A stretch of 64,000 bases of DNA from a candidate division FCPU426 bacterium (lineage in GTDB: Bacteria > Oederibacteriota > Muellerivitia > Muellerivitales > Muellerivitaceae): NCBI GenBank assembly GCA_963847625.1, contig CAWKAR010000041.1, positions 21,138 through 85,137 on the forward strand, in the 5' to 3' direction. The translations under genes and the position numbers were made by a program. Position 1 is the stretch's first letter, and every line of letters starts with the position of its first letter. Shown piece after piece: positions 18,193 to 28,378 of this stretch. The notes beneath the pieces were generated by a model that saw nothing but the letters and a program-made list of their open reading frames with translations, searched no databases and had not been told where the DNA came from.

Positions 18193-18924
18193 TTGATAAC
18201 GAAAGGCTGGCTCTTGGAATCCTACGAAGCCCTCGAAAAAATGGTCGCTCTCCAAACAACCGATTCCGGCCTGGATGAGCTGGAAAAGCTGAAAAAAGGT
18301 TTCCTCCAGGAAATTTCCGACCTGGAAAAAGACCTGGAGAATGTTAAGGGACGGGTTCAAGAGGCCAAAAAGAGCCAGGAAGAGCTGGTCAAACGCCGCC
18401 GTTCCCTGGAGGTGGAGGTTGTTTCCTGGGACAACAAGATCAAGAAATACCAGGACCAGGAACCCGAGGTGAAAAGCAACGAGCAGTTCATCGCCCTGAG
18501 GTCCGAGATCGAACAAGCGAAAGCGGAAAAGGGAAAGGTCGAGGAAAAAATCCTGGAAATCCTGTTCCAGGAGGACGAGGCGAAGAAAAAGGGCCAGGAG
18601 CTGGCCTCGGAGCTGGCGAAAGGCGAGAAAAAGGTCGCCGAGGATAGGAAAACCCTCCAGGGAAAAATCGAGGACTGCGATAAGGCCGCTGAAGGCAAGA
18701 ATGCGGAGCGCGTGAAACAACTGGGCGAGGTGCCGGAAGAATTCTCCCAAATCTACGAGTCCATCCGGAACCACGGGAAAAAGATAGCGGTGGCCGCTAT
18801 AGAGGAGGACCATATGTGCGGGGGCTGCCACATGACCATCGCGCCCCAGGTCATCAACGAACTCCGGAAAAACATCAAGATCCAGTTTTGCAGGTGCGGC
18901 CGGTTTATTTATTTGAAGGATTAA
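18193..18924 (+). CDS. Coiled-coil C4 zinc-ribbon protein (DUF164/CT398-like)
   Basis: Long heptad coil, then CGGCHM...QFCRCGRFIY; exact start uncertain. Confidence 0.88.
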   Translation: MITKGWLLESYEALEKMVALQTTDSGLDELEKLKKGFLQEISDLEKDLENVKGRVQEAKKSQEELVKRRRSLEVEVVSWDNKIKKYQDQEPEVKSNEQFIALRSEIEQAKAEKGKVEEKILEILFQEDEAKKKGQELASELAKGEKKVAEDRKTLQGKIEDCDKAAEGKNAERVKQLGEVPEEFSQIYESIRNHGKKIAVAAIEEDHMCGGCHMTIAPQVINELRKNIKIQFCRCGRFIYLKD

Positions 18925-18964
18925 ACACAACCCCCGGCTTTTCCATTTTGAATGAAGGTGCGGT

Positions 18965-19933
18965 ATGAGCGTCGCTACGGCCAAAAGGGTCCTTAAAATC
19001 GAGGCGGACGGGCTTTTGCGCCTGGCCCGGCGCACGGGGAAGTCCTTCGAGAAAGCCCTCCGGCTGGTCCTGAAATCCAAGGGCCGCGTGGTGGTCACCG
19101 GCATGGGCAAATCGGGCCTGGTCGGCCAGAAGATCGCGGCCACCCTTTCCTCCACCGGCACCCCCTCTTATTTCCTCAGCTCGGCCGAGGCCCTGCACGG
19201 GGACATGGGAAAGGCCGCCAAGGGGGACGTGGTCCTGGCCCTTTCCAACAGCGGCGAAACCGACGAGCTGAAAAGCCTACTGCCGCACCTCAGGCGCATG
19301 GGCTGTCCCATCATCCTTTTTACCGGCAAACCCGCCTCCAGCCTCGCCCGGCTTTCGGACGTGGTGGTGGACGTCGGCGTCCAAAAGGAAGCCTGCCCCC
19401 TGAACCTCTCGCCCACCGCGAGCACGACCGCGGCCCTGGCCATGGGGGACGCCCTAGCCGTCGCCCTGTTGGAAGAGCGGGGTTTCACCGAAAAGCAATT
19501 CGCCCTGTTCCACCCCGCGGGCGACCTGGGGAGGCGGCTCCAGTTGAAGGTCACCGAAATCATGCGAAAAGGAAAAGCGGTTCCCAAGGTCCCCCTGTCC
19601 GCGGGATTCCGGCAAGTGGTTCGGGAGATCAACGCCAAGCGGGTGGGGTCGGCCTGCGTGACGGACAAGCGCGGGAGAATTTCCGGCATCATCGTGGACG
19701 GGGACATCCGCCGGGCCCTCTTGAAGGACCCCGACATCCGGCATTGGGACGCGGGAAACCTTCGGACTCCCAGGCCCAAGACCATCCGCCCCGGCGTGAC
19801 CCTTGCCCAGGCCCTCCAGTTGATGGAGGAAAACGCCATTTTCCAATTGGTGGTTATCGACGCTCACAAGCGGCCGGTCGGGCTGGTGCACCTGCACGAC
19901 CTGCTGGGACGGGGAAGGATCAAGATCGTTTAA
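18965..19933 (+). CDS. kdsD: Arabinose-5-phosphate isomerase (KpsF/GutQ, SIS + CBS)
   Basis: VVTGMGKSG, STGTP, EALHGD, SNSGET, EACP..PTAST, FHPAG. Confidence 0.95.
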   Translation: MSVATAKRVLKIEADGLLRLARRTGKSFEKALRLVLKSKGRVVVTGMGKSGLVGQKIAATLSSTGTPSYFLSSAEALHGDMGKAAKGDVVLALSNSGETDELKSLLPHLRRMGCPIILFTGKPASSLARLSDVVVDVGVQKEACPLNLSPTASTTAALAMGDALAVALLEERGFTEKQFALFHPAGDLGRRLQLKVTEIMRKGKAVPKVPLSAGFRQVVREINAKRVGSACVTDKRGRISGIIVDGDIRRALLKDPDIRHWDAGNLRTPRPKTIRPGVTLAQALQLMEENAIFQLVVIDAHKRPVGLVHLHDLLGRGRIKIV

Positions 19934-19978
19934 TAACGGTTCTCTTTGAAATTCCGTAAATTATTTTTGGTGAGGCCC

Positions 19979-20530
19979 ATGAGCATCAAAAACATCCGGC
20001 TGCTTTTAACCGACGTGGACGGCATCCTGACCGACGGCAAGGTTTACCTGGACAACCGGGGGGGCGAGTTTACCTCCTTCGATATCCAGGACGGCATCGG
20101 CCAGCGCCTGGCCGCGGCCGGGGGCCTCCAGGTGGGATGGCTCTCGGGCCGAACCTCCAAGCCGGTCGCGTTGAGGGCCAAACGCCTGGATGTGCCGTTT
20201 CTCTTCCGGGGGAAAGTGGACAAAGTGGCGGTCGCCCGGAAGCTTTGCGCCAAGCTCGGCCTCTCGCTTTCCCAGGTCGCCTACCTGGGCGACGATTTGA
20301 TCGATCTGCCCCTCCTCCGGAAGGCGGGGTGGTCCGCCACGGTTCCCTACGGCCGACCCGAAGTGAGGAAGGCGGTCCATTACGTGACCCGGGCGCCCGG
20401 AGGCGGGGGAGCCTTCCGGGAAGTCGTGGAAAAAATCCTGAAAGCCAGGGGCCTTTGGGGGAAGGCCCTCGGACTGTTCCACAACGGCAACGGGCATTCC
20501 GCCTGGTCCTTTCCAAAAGGCCTGGACTGA
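19979..20530 (+). CDS. kdsC: KDO-8-phosphate phosphatase (HAD)
   Basis: TDVDGILTDG, QDG, YLGDDLID, GGGGAFRE. Confidence 0.93.
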   Translation: MSIKNIRLLLTDVDGILTDGKVYLDNRGGEFTSFDIQDGIGQRLAAAGGLQVGWLSGRTSKPVALRAKRLDVPFLFRGKVDKVAVARKLCAKLGLSLSQVAYLGDDLIDLPLLRKAGWSATVPYGRPEVRKAVHYVTRAPGGGGAFREVVEKILKARGLWGKALGLFHNGNGHSAWSFPKGLD

Positions 20531-20538
20531 GGCTCCCC

Positions 20539-21459
20539 TTGGCCCGGCCCCTCCAGAAACTCAAGAACCACCTCATCTATTACTCGGCGCGTTTCCTGAT
20601 GTTCTTCATCGCCCGCCTGCCGTATTCCCTGGCCTCCCGCTCGGGCCGCTGGTTCGGGGCCGCGGTTTACCATTTGGCCCGCGGGGAAAGGCGCAAGACC
20701 CTCCAAAGCATCCAAACGGCGTTTTGCCAGGACCTCGGGCCGGGGGAGGCTAAGCGCCTCGCGTGCCGTGTCTGGAAAAACGCGGGACAAAACCTTTTCG
20801 AGATCGTCCGTTGGACTCGCTGGGAGCGGGAGCAAATTCACGCCCAAGTGTCCCGTGTGTCCGGCCTTGAGAATATCGACAAGGTTTTGACCCGGGGAAA
20901 GGGATTTTTTATCGCGACGGGACATCTGGGAAACTGGGAACTATTGGGCGGTTATTTATCCCGGATTTACCGGGGGGCCGCCATCGCCCAGAAATTATAC
21001 GATCCGCGGTTTGACGGGCTTATCAACAAGTTCCGAAGGGATAAGTTGGGGGAGGGCACCGTGATCAAGAGGGGAATGGCCCTGAGGGGAATCCTGGAAG
21101 CCCTCAGGGACAACAAGTTCATTTTGGCGTTATTGGACCAGGACACGGGAAGCGACGGAGTTTTTGTCCCCTTTTTCGGGAAAATGGCCTGGACCCAGAC
21201 CGGCGTCGCCCGGATCGCCCGTAAGACCGGCGCGGCCATCGTGCCGGCTTTCCTGGTAAGGGGTTCCGACGGCCTATTCGAGGCCCATGTGGAGAAGGAA
21301 ATTGAAATTCCCCGGACCGGCGGCACGGAAAAGGATATCTTGGAAACCGTCCGACGTTATACTGGGATCATCGAAACTTACGTGAGGGCTTACCCGGACC
21401 AGTGGATGTGGATGCATGAACGTTGGAAAACACGCCCCGCGGCTGATAAGTTCAAATAA
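20539..21459 (+). CDS. lpxL: Lipid A late acyltransferase (LpxL/HtrB family)
   Basis: TGHLGNWE, LLDQD, VFVPFFG, PDQWMWMHERWK; start (TTG 20539) inferred. Confidence 0.88.
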   Translation: MARPLQKLKNHLIYYSARFLMFFIARLPYSLASRSGRWFGAAVYHLARGERRKTLQSIQTAFCQDLGPGEAKRLACRVWKNAGQNLFEIVRWTRWEREQIHAQVSRVSGLENIDKVLTRGKGFFIATGHLGNWELLGGYLSRIYRGAAIAQKLYDPRFDGLINKFRRDKLGEGTVIKRGMALRGILEALRDNKFILALLDQDTGSDGVFVPFFGKMAWTQTGVARIARKTGAAIVPAFLVRGSDGLFEAHVEKEIEIPRTGGTEKDILETVRRYTGIIETYVRAYPDQWMWMHERWKTRPAADKFK

Positions 21460-21475
21460 AAAAAGGGGTCGTAAA

Positions 21476-22138
21476 GTGGCCGAAGAAAAAACCCTATTTC
21501 CGGAAGAGGAATCCCTCCTGGAGCAAACGGTCCAGGATGCCCCGCCCGGGCGTCAAAAACGCACGGGATGGCTTTTGGCCTGCATTCTTTTAGCCGTCAT
21601 CCTGCTTTTTTGGTATTTAAGCAAAAGCAACAAACAGCAAAACAACGTGGAAACCTTTGTCCAGGGCCAGAATTCACCGGACGCTGTCATTTTAAAATTC
21701 CACCTGGTCTCTTCCGTCCATGGCCAAAAGCAATGGGAGTTGATGTCCGATAAGGCCATGCTTTACCAGAACCAGAAGCAGGCCTACGCGGACCAGATCT
21801 TTGCGCAATACTATAAAAAGGGTAAAATCGTCTCGACCTTGACCGCCGACAAGGCCGTCATCAACACCGAGACCAACGCGACCGAGGCCCAAGGGCACGT
21901 GGAGCTGATAACGGATAACGGATCAAAATTGGCGACCAACAAACTCAATTGGAACCCCGACACCGACCAAATCCAAACGGAAAGCCGGGTGCACGTCTAT
22001 AAGGGCCAGGACGAGATCAGCGCATTAGGTTTGGTGGCGGATACCCAATTAAACAACATCCGTTTCAAGAGCGACGTCAGGACTAAAATGAGGGATACCC
22101 ATGAAATCGAAGATTTCAGTGAATCCAAGAAATTCTGA
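21476..22138 (+). CDS. lptC: LPS export periplasmic protein LptC
   Basis: Single N-terminal TM helix, jelly-roll (KQWEL...LTADKA...LNW), position in kds-lpt cluster. Confidence 0.85.
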   Translation: MAEEKTLFPEEESLLEQTVQDAPPGRQKRTGWLLACILLAVILLFWYLSKSNKQQNNVETFVQGQNSPDAVILKFHLVSSVHGQKQWELMSDKAMLYQNQKQAYADQIFAQYYKKGKIVSTLTADKAVINTETNATEAQGHVELITDNGSKLATNKLNWNPDTDQIQTESRVHVYKGQDEISALGLVADTQLNNIRFKSDVRTKMRDTHEIEDFSESKKF

Positions 22139-22979
22139 ATGGAAAAGCGTGGGAAATTCGGCCTGGTTTTTGCTCTGCCTGGTCCCGGCGGTTGTCCTGG
22201 GCTATGAAATCAACGACCACTCGAACATTTCGTCCAAAAAGCCTGTTAGAATCACGGCGAACCAATTGACGTTCGACCGGCTGAACAGCCTGACCGTTTT
22301 CAAGGGGTACGTCGTGGCCACCCATGAAAAAGTCAGGTTGAAGACCGACCAACTCCGGGCCTTCTCGGACAACCGGGAAGCCACGGCTTTGGGCCATGTG
22401 AAGGTGGTGGACTCCAGCTCGGGAATGACCTTGACCTGCGGAAACCTGGAATACCTGGACTTGATGGAAACCATGACGGCCCACGACCATCCCTTATTGA
22501 CGGCCATGGATGAGAATGGAATGCCGTTGACCGTTCAAGGCCGCCAAATCGAGTTGGATAACGACAAAAAAACCGTGGCGGTCAACCAAAACGTGGATGT
22601 CTCCAGCGCTGACGGCCATGCGACGGCCCGGAATGCCGTTTACATTTCCCGGGAGGACAAGTTAATCCTGGAGGGCGATCCCAGTGTCGCGTATGGAAAC
22701 GGGAAGATTTCCGGAAGGCGGATCATTTCCAATTTAGGGCAGAATCGGCGGGTTTTCGCGGAAGGCATGGCCGAGGCTGTTTTCAGCACCGACTCATCGG
22801 GGAATACCAGTACCGCATTGCGAGGGAATTCCACCCCCGGCGTTCCGGGAAAAGGGCCCGGTTCACTCCCCGGGGGTGACTCGTCGCACGGGAATCCGGG
22901 GTTGACGCCGACTCCCACCCCCGGGCATGCCCCCTTCATGCCGATCTTGGAACCGTCGCTTAGTCCGCCGGGACATTGA
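22101..22979 (+). CDS. lptA: LptA/OstA-family LPS transport protein with low-complexity tail
   Basis: Signal peptide; PVRITANQL...FKGYVVA...ATALGHVKV; lies between lptC and lptB. Confidence 0.85.
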   Translation: MKSKISVNPRNSEWKSVGNSAWFLLCLVPAVVLGYEINDHSNISSKKPVRITANQLTFDRLNSLTVFKGYVVATHEKVRLKTDQLRAFSDNREATALGHVKVVDSSSGMTLTCGNLEYLDLMETMTAHDHPLLTAMDENGMPLTVQGRQIELDNDKKTVAVNQNVDVSSADGHATARNAVYISREDKLILEGDPSVAYGNGKISGRRIISNLGQNRRVFAEGMAEAVFSTDSSGNTSTALRGNSTPGVPGKGPGSLPGGDSSHGNPGLTPTPTPGHAPFMPILEPSLSPPGH

Positions 22980-23035
22980 TCCCATAGCGGGGATGATCCC
23001 GCCGTTCACGGGGATTCCCCATTCAAGGAAAAAGA

Positions 23036-23770
23036 ATGAAAACTCTTCGGACCCAGAATTTGGTCAAGGCTTACAACAAGAAGAAGGTGGTGGACCATGT
23101 TTCCATAGAGGTCCACGAGGGGGAGGTGGTCGGCCTTTTGGGCCCGAATGGCGCAGGCAAGACCACGACTTTTTACATGGCCACGGGGTTTATCGCGCCA
23201 AACGAGGGAAAGGTCTTTTTCGAGGAGGACGGCCAGGCCCGTGAGATCACCCGCCTGCCCATGTACCAAAGGGCGCGCCTGGGAATCGCCTACCTTCCCC
23301 AGGAACCTTCCATCTTCCGCAAGCTCACGGTCGAGGATAACCTCATGGCGATCCTGGAATTGACTCCCTTGTCCCCCGCAGAACGTGAAAAAAAACGGAA
23401 GGAACTTTTGGAGGAGTTGAAAATTTCCCATTTGGCCAAGCAAATGGCCTATACCCTCTCCGGCGGGGAAAGGCGGCGGACGGAAATCGCCCGGGCCCTG
23501 GTACTCCACCCCCATTTCATGCTGTTGGACGAGCCTTTCGTGGGGATCGACCCTATCGCGGTCCAAGATATTCAAAACATCATCCGGTTTCTTGTTCAAA
23601 GGAACATCGGAATCCTTATGACCGACCACAATGTCCGGGAAACCCTGTCGATCGTGGACCGCGCCTATATCATGTTCGAGGGAAAAATCCTCCTTTCGGG
23701 GACGGCTTCCGAGCTTGCTTCCAACCAAAAAGCGCGCGAGATCTACCTGGGAGAAAGATTTTCACTTTAA
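23036..23770 (+). CDS. lptB: LPS export ABC ATPase
   Basis: [56 protein letters not shown]. Confidence 0.97.
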   Translation: MKTLRTQNLVKAYNKKKVVDHVSIEVHEGEVVGLLGPNGAGKTTTFYMATGFIAPNEGKVFFEEDGQAREITRLPMYQRARLGIAYLPQEPSIFRKLTVEDNLMAILELTPLSPAEREKKRKELLEELKISHLAKQMAYTLSGGERRRTEIARALVLHPHFMLLDEPFVGIDPIAVQDIQNIIRFLVQRNIGILMTDHNVRETLSIVDRAYIMFEGKILLSGTASELASNQKAREIYLGERFSL

Positions 23771-23900
23771 TAGGCTGCTGAAAAATTAAAAATAGGCCCA
23801 CAAAGCAGCCTATGACCCCAAAGATTCCGCAGGAATCGTGGGGTTTCCGCAAATGTCGTCAGCTGAAAAAGTCCGTTGTGGGGACTTTTTCAGCAAACTG
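23770..23900. repeat. Structured ~130-nt element, copy A (MITE/REP-like or cis RNA)
   Basis: Three stems; imperfect terminal inverted repeats; flanked by TTAA (23767-70, 23901-04); homologous to 28012-28139. Confidence 0.75.
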
Positions 23901-23910
23901 TTAAATCCTT

Positions 23911-24522
23911 TTGGAGACAACTATCCAATCCCCAACTCCAACCCCATCGGGAAACAAACTGAAAAATCTCGCCGACCGGATCCTGGCCCCCCTGTGCGGT
24001 TTGTTGGCGTTTTTGCGCATCAGTCCCAATGGGGTGACATTAGCCGGCGTCCTCTTGACTTTCATGGTTCCGTTCGAGCTTCTCCAAGAAAGGTGGATTC
24101 CAGCCGGCTTGTGGCTTTTGGGGGCGGGATTTTTTGACGTTTTAGACGGTTCCCTGGCCCGATATTATGGTTTCAAAGGGACATTTGGGTCTTTTTGGGA
24201 TTCGACCCTGGACAGGGTCTCTGAAGCCGTCGTTTTTATGGGATTTCTATTGTATTATTACCACCAACATTTCCAGGGGGGCTTAGGACTTGCCTTCGCC
24301 GCTTGTGTTTTATCCTTCCTGGTTTCCTATACAAGGGCAAGGGCGGAAGGACTCGGGATCGACTGTGAGGTGGGAATCTTGCCGCGCCCCGGGAGAGTTT
24401 TGCTCCTCTCCTTGGGCCTGATGACCGCCCAGCCCACCCCGGCCTTGGCGTTGGTGGGGTTTTTATCCCTGGTGACCGTGATCCAGAGGGTGTTATGGGT
24501 TTGGAAAAAGACACAGCCATAA
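23911..24522 (+). CDS. CDP-alcohol phosphatidyltransferase (phosphatidylinositol-phosphate synthase-like)
   Basis: SPNGVT; DVLDGSLAR...GSFWDSTLDR motif; VSYTRARAEGLG (PIP-synthase-like); adjacent to ino1. Confidence 0.88.
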   Translation: METTIQSPTPTPSGNKLKNLADRILAPLCGLLAFLRISPNGVTLAGVLLTFMVPFELLQERWIPAGLWLLGAGFFDVLDGSLARYYGFKGTFGSFWDSTLDRVSEAVVFMGFLLYYYHQHFQGGLGLAFAACVLSFLVSYTRARAEGLGIDCEVGILPRPGRVLLLSLGLMTAQPTPALALVGFLSLVTVIQRVLWVWKKTQP

Positions 24523-24575
24523 AAGTCATTTAAACAGCTTTTTAGCCGTCATTTTGCCTGGAGGTTTTCCTGATT

Positions 24576-25676
24576 ATGTCCAAGATCCGAGTGGCTTTGG
24601 TGGGAGTGGGTTGCTGCGCCTCGTCCTTGGTGCAGGGCGTGAGATTTTACCGCGATGCGGAGGAAGACGGTTTCGTGCCGGGCCTCATGCATGTGCGGCT
24701 GGGGAAGTACCACGTGGGGGACATCGAGTTCTCCTGCGCCTTCGACGTGGACGCCGACAAGGTCGGGAAGGACCTTATCGATGCGGTTTTCGCGCCCATC
24801 AACAATACGATCAAATTCTGCGACGTGCCTACCTCGGGTATTAAGGTCCATCGGGGCCCCACCTTGGACGGCTTGGGCAAGTACTACCGGCAAACCATCA
24901 CCGAATCCCCCGAGAAACCCGTGGACGTTGCCTCCATCCTGAAGGAAACCAAGACCGATGTCCTGGTCAACTACCTGCCGGTGGGCAGTGAGGAAGCCGC
25001 GAAGTTTTACATGAACGAGGCCATGAAGGCGGGGGTGGGTGTTGTCAATTGCATGCCGGTTTTCATCGCCTCCAACCCGGTCTGGGCGAAAAAATTCGAG
25101 AAGGCAGACCTGCCCGTGCTGGGGGACGACATCAAGGCCCAGGTGGGCGCCACCATCACGCACCGGGTCCTGGCTAAAATGTTCTCCGACCGGGGTGTCG
25201 TCTTGGACCGCACCTCCCAATTGAATTTCGGCGGGAACATGGATTTCAAGAACATGCTGGAGAGGGAACGGCTGGAATCCAAGAAGATCTCCAAGACCGG
25301 CGCGGTCGTGAGCCAGCTCTCCCATCCCATCAAGCCTGAGAACATCTACATCGGACCATCGGACTATGTGCCTTGGCTTAACGACCGCAAGTGGGCCCAC
25401 ATCCGGTTGGAGGGCAGGGAATTCGGAAACGTTCCGGTCTCCATTGAGCTCAAATTGGAGGTCTGGGACTCGCCCAACAGCGCGGGCGTATCCATCGACG
25501 CCATCCGATGCTGTAAAATGGCCATGGATGCCAAGCTTTCCGGCGCTATGGAGGGCCCTTCCTCCTATTTCTTCAAGACACCGCCGGTGCAATACTCCGA
25601 TGCCGAGGCCCACGAACTGGTGGAGGCTTTCATCGCCAAGTACGCCAAGACGGGGGATCCCATTAAAGTCAGATAA
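24576..25676 (+). CDS. ino1: myo-Inositol-1(3)-phosphate synthase
   Basis: [53 protein letters not shown]. Confidence 0.96.
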   Translation: MSKIRVALVGVGCCASSLVQGVRFYRDAEEDGFVPGLMHVRLGKYHVGDIEFSCAFDVDADKVGKDLIDAVFAPINNTIKFCDVPTSGIKVHRGPTLDGLGKYYRQTITESPEKPVDVASILKETKTDVLVNYLPVGSEEAAKFYMNEAMKAGVGVVNCMPVFIASNPVWAKKFEKADLPVLGDDIKAQVGATITHRVLAKMFSDRGVVLDRTSQLNFGGNMDFKNMLERERLESKKISKTGAVVSQLSHPIKPENIYIGPSDYVPWLNDRKWAHIRLEGREFGNVPVSIELKLEVWDSPNSAGVSIDAIRCCKMAMDAKLSGAMEGPSSYFFKTPPVQYSDAEAHELVEAFIAKYAKTGDPIKVR

Positions 25677-25710
25677 TTCCGAGTTTTGTGTTGAAAATTT
25701 AAATCGAGAG

Positions 25711-25736
25711 AGCCCGGGAAGGCCCCGGGCTTTTTT
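25711..25736 (+). terminator. Rho-independent terminator
   Basis: AGCCCGGG-AAGGC-CCCGGGCT followed by T-run. Confidence 0.85.
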
Positions 25737-25797
25737 GTGAAACCTACCGGAAAATCCCGGCCGGAAGCCGGGGAAGAATCTTCATGGGGGATAGTTC

Positions 25798-26637
25798 ATG
25801 AGGAAATTTTTCCTCTGCGTAACGGCGGCCAGTTTAATGGCCCCCGGGAATCTCTTGGGCTGGGGTGCGGTGGGGCACGAGACTGTGGCTTTTATCGCCC
25901 AGGACCGCTTGACTCCCCAGGCCCGGGACGAGGTCCGGAATATCCTGGGAAGCAATGAGAATTTGGCTTCGGTTTCCACTTGGGCCGATTCCATCGTGGA
26001 GAACCGGCCCGAGACCGCCCCCTGGCATTACCTGAACCTGGACGTGCGTCAGCTCCAGAACGTGTTCGACCTTTCCGGCTCCTGCAAAAACCACGATTGC
26101 GTGGTGGACCAGATCCTGAAGGACTTGGGAATTCTCCGCAAGCCATTCGCCCCACGGAAGGAAAAGAGGGAGGCCCTCAAGTTCCTCGTGCATTTCCTGG
26201 GGGATATACACCAGCCCCTGCATTGCGTGGACGACCACGACCGCGGCGGGAACGAGAAATGGTTCCGTTATCATCCCGGAAAACCCTCTGACCGTTATAC
26301 TTGGGTCAACCTCCATGGTTTCTGGGACCATTTACTGGAGACTGAAACCCGCGAAAATCCCGGCAGATTTGCCCGGTGGCTGGAGAGAAGAATCAGTTCC
26401 GAAGATGAAAAAAATTGGTCCCGGGGAAAACCGGCCGACTGGGCCTATGAAAGCTTTCTTATCGCCCAAGGGGATATTTACTCCGAACTGCCCAGGGGAC
26501 CCGTGCAAAAAGGCCGCTGGGGAAGGGACCTGCCGAGGGATTACTATACCGGGAAGATGAGGGGAATCGTGGAGCGCCAACTTGAGAAGGCGGGCGTGAG
26601 GCTGGCTTTTCTGTTGAACGGCTTATTTGATCATTAA
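25798..26637 (+). CDS. S1/P1 nuclease, secreted
   Basis: Signal peptide then WGAVGH; WAD, HFLGDIHQPLH, NLHGFWD zinc ligands. Confidence 0.93.
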   Translation: MRKFFLCVTAASLMAPGNLLGWGAVGHETVAFIAQDRLTPQARDEVRNILGSNENLASVSTWADSIVENRPETAPWHYLNLDVRQLQNVFDLSGSCKNHDCVVDQILKDLGILRKPFAPRKEKREALKFLVHFLGDIHQPLHCVDDHDRGGNEKWFRYHPGKPSDRYTWVNLHGFWDHLLETETRENPGRFARWLERRISSEDEKNWSRGKPADWAYESFLIAQGDIYSELPRGPVQKGRWGRDLPRDYYTGKMRGIVERQLEKAGVRLAFLLNGLFDH

Positions 26638-26775
26638 TCGAAATTCCAACACCCATTCCTTCGGGAGTTTTGGGGCTCAGAGCGAGGACACGGGAAAAAG
26701 ATTTAAGGTTAACTGTTGAATCCGGCATTCCGGTTTGTTTGTCTCCCTAACGTTTATCGGCGGTATCGAGGTTTT

Positions 26776-28005
26776 ATGCTCAAAGTCAATACTTCCATCG
26801 AGAAAGCCACGCTCTACGACGGTGTCGGCGAAAAACCGGTTTCCGACGTGACCATTCTCATTGCGGGCGATACCATCGCCTACGCCGGTCCCCACCGACA
26901 GGCCCCGGCCTACGAGGCTGCCGAGGTGTATTACGCCGAAGGCTTGTTTGTCCTTCCGGGTTTGATCGACCTGCACGTCCATGGGCTTGTGGACCAGGCC
27001 AGCCTGCTTTCCTTCCTGCAAAACGGCGTCACCACCATCCGGGACCTGGCCAGCGATGTTTTCGAGGCCCTGGAATGGAAGGCCCAGGAGCGCTCGGGCC
27101 TTATCGACTCACCCCGGATTTTCACCGCCGGACCGGTTTTGACCTGTCCAGGCGGCTATCCCCAGAACGTTTGGGGCCCGAAGATCGCCGCGCTGGTCCA
27201 GGGGCGTTACCAAGCCCAGGAAAAAGTCAAAAAGCTGTGCGGATTGGGAATGGACGTCATTAAGATCGGTTTGGAACACGAACTGGGGCCCTGTCTCTCT
27301 GAAGCCGAGGTGGACGGGATCGTGAAAGCCGCGCACTCCCTGGGAAAGCGAGTAACCGCCCATATCACCAATGAGGCGGATTTCGAGCTTTGCTTGAAAT
27401 TCAACGTGGATGAAATGGCCCACATACCCTCGCGCCCCCTATCGGACGATTTTTGGAAGGAAGCGGCCCGCCAAGGGGTTTTGATCCTGCCCACCCTCCA
27501 CGCCCACGCCGGATGGGCCGAGGAATGGCGCCGCCGCTCGGAACACCCATTCGGGCAATATTGCCGCCTAGGCTTTAAAGCTGGGCACCAACAAAGCCGG
27601 AAGAATTTGGAGAAATTCCTGGGCCAGGGGGGGCGGGTTGCCTATGGCACCGACGCGGGTAATCCCCATATGCCCTACGGCGTTTGCATAAGGGAATGGG
27701 CCGACCTTCAAATTGTCGGTTTGTCCCCTTTCCAATGCCTGAAGATGGCCACTTCCGATGCGGCACGGGTCTTAGGCCTGGAGGACCGATTGGGGTCCGT
27801 CGTGAAAGGCAAGTGGGCGGATCTGGTGATCTTTAAAAACGACCCCCTTCATCATCCCGAGAATTTCAGGACGATTCAAAGGGTTTACAAAGGGGGAAAA
27901 GCCTATCCGGGAGGCGCGCTGGAATTTCCAAAACCCTTCGACCTGGATTATTGGATCCGGCAATGGGAAAAGACCAAATTCAAGCAGGGTTGGCAAGGAA
28001 ATTAA
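26776..28005 (+). CDS. Metal-dependent amidohydrolase
   Basis: PGLIDLHVH, GVTTIRD, AH, GTDAG, GKWADLV. Confidence 0.9.
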   Translation: MLKVNTSIEKATLYDGVGEKPVSDVTILIAGDTIAYAGPHRQAPAYEAAEVYYAEGLFVLPGLIDLHVHGLVDQASLLSFLQNGVTTIRDLASDVFEALEWKAQERSGLIDSPRIFTAGPVLTCPGGYPQNVWGPKIAALVQGRYQAQEKVKKLCGLGMDVIKIGLEHELGPCLSEAEVDGIVKAAHSLGKRVTAHITNEADFELCLKFNVDEMAHIPSRPLSDDFWKEAARQGVLILPTLHAHAGWAEEWRRRSEHPFGQYCRLGFKAGHQQSRKNLEKFLGQGGRVAYGTDAGNPHMPYGVCIREWADLQIVGLSPFQCLKMATSDAARVLGLEDRLGSVVKGKWADLVIFKNDPLHHPENFRTIQRVYKGGKAYPGGALEFPKPFDLDYWIRQWEKTKFKQGWQGN

Positions 28006-28011
28006 GAATCT

Positions 28012-28139
28012 GAAACCTCTGAAAAACTAAAAAAAGCGGCCAACAGAGGTTTCGACCCCAAAGATTTCCGCAGGAAATCGCGGGGTTACCTTTAATGATT
28101 GCTGAAAAAGCTGGCGATAAGCCGACTTTTTTAGAGGTT
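28012..28139. repeat. Structured ~130-nt element, copy B
   Basis: Same three-stem layout and GACCCCAAAGATT(T)CCGCAGGA(A)ATCG core as copy A; ends AACCTCTGAAAAA/TTTTTTAGAGGTT. Confidence 0.75.
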
Positions 28140-28378
28140 ACAATTTATATAAAAACTTTTCGGATCTCTCAAAGCATTTCTGGTAAGTTTTTCGATCCAA
28201 AGGAATTAGTTTCGAAATGATCTTGCGGTCCCAATGCAAGTTTTTGGACTATTAAACCCAAGCGGTTTTGGCAACCCCTCTCGAGCAACAAAACCCTTCG
28301 TTTATATGCTAAAGACCCAAACAACTAAAAAAGGTATAATTCTTGCTCGAGCTTTCTTTTCCCGGAGTGGCATGGATT

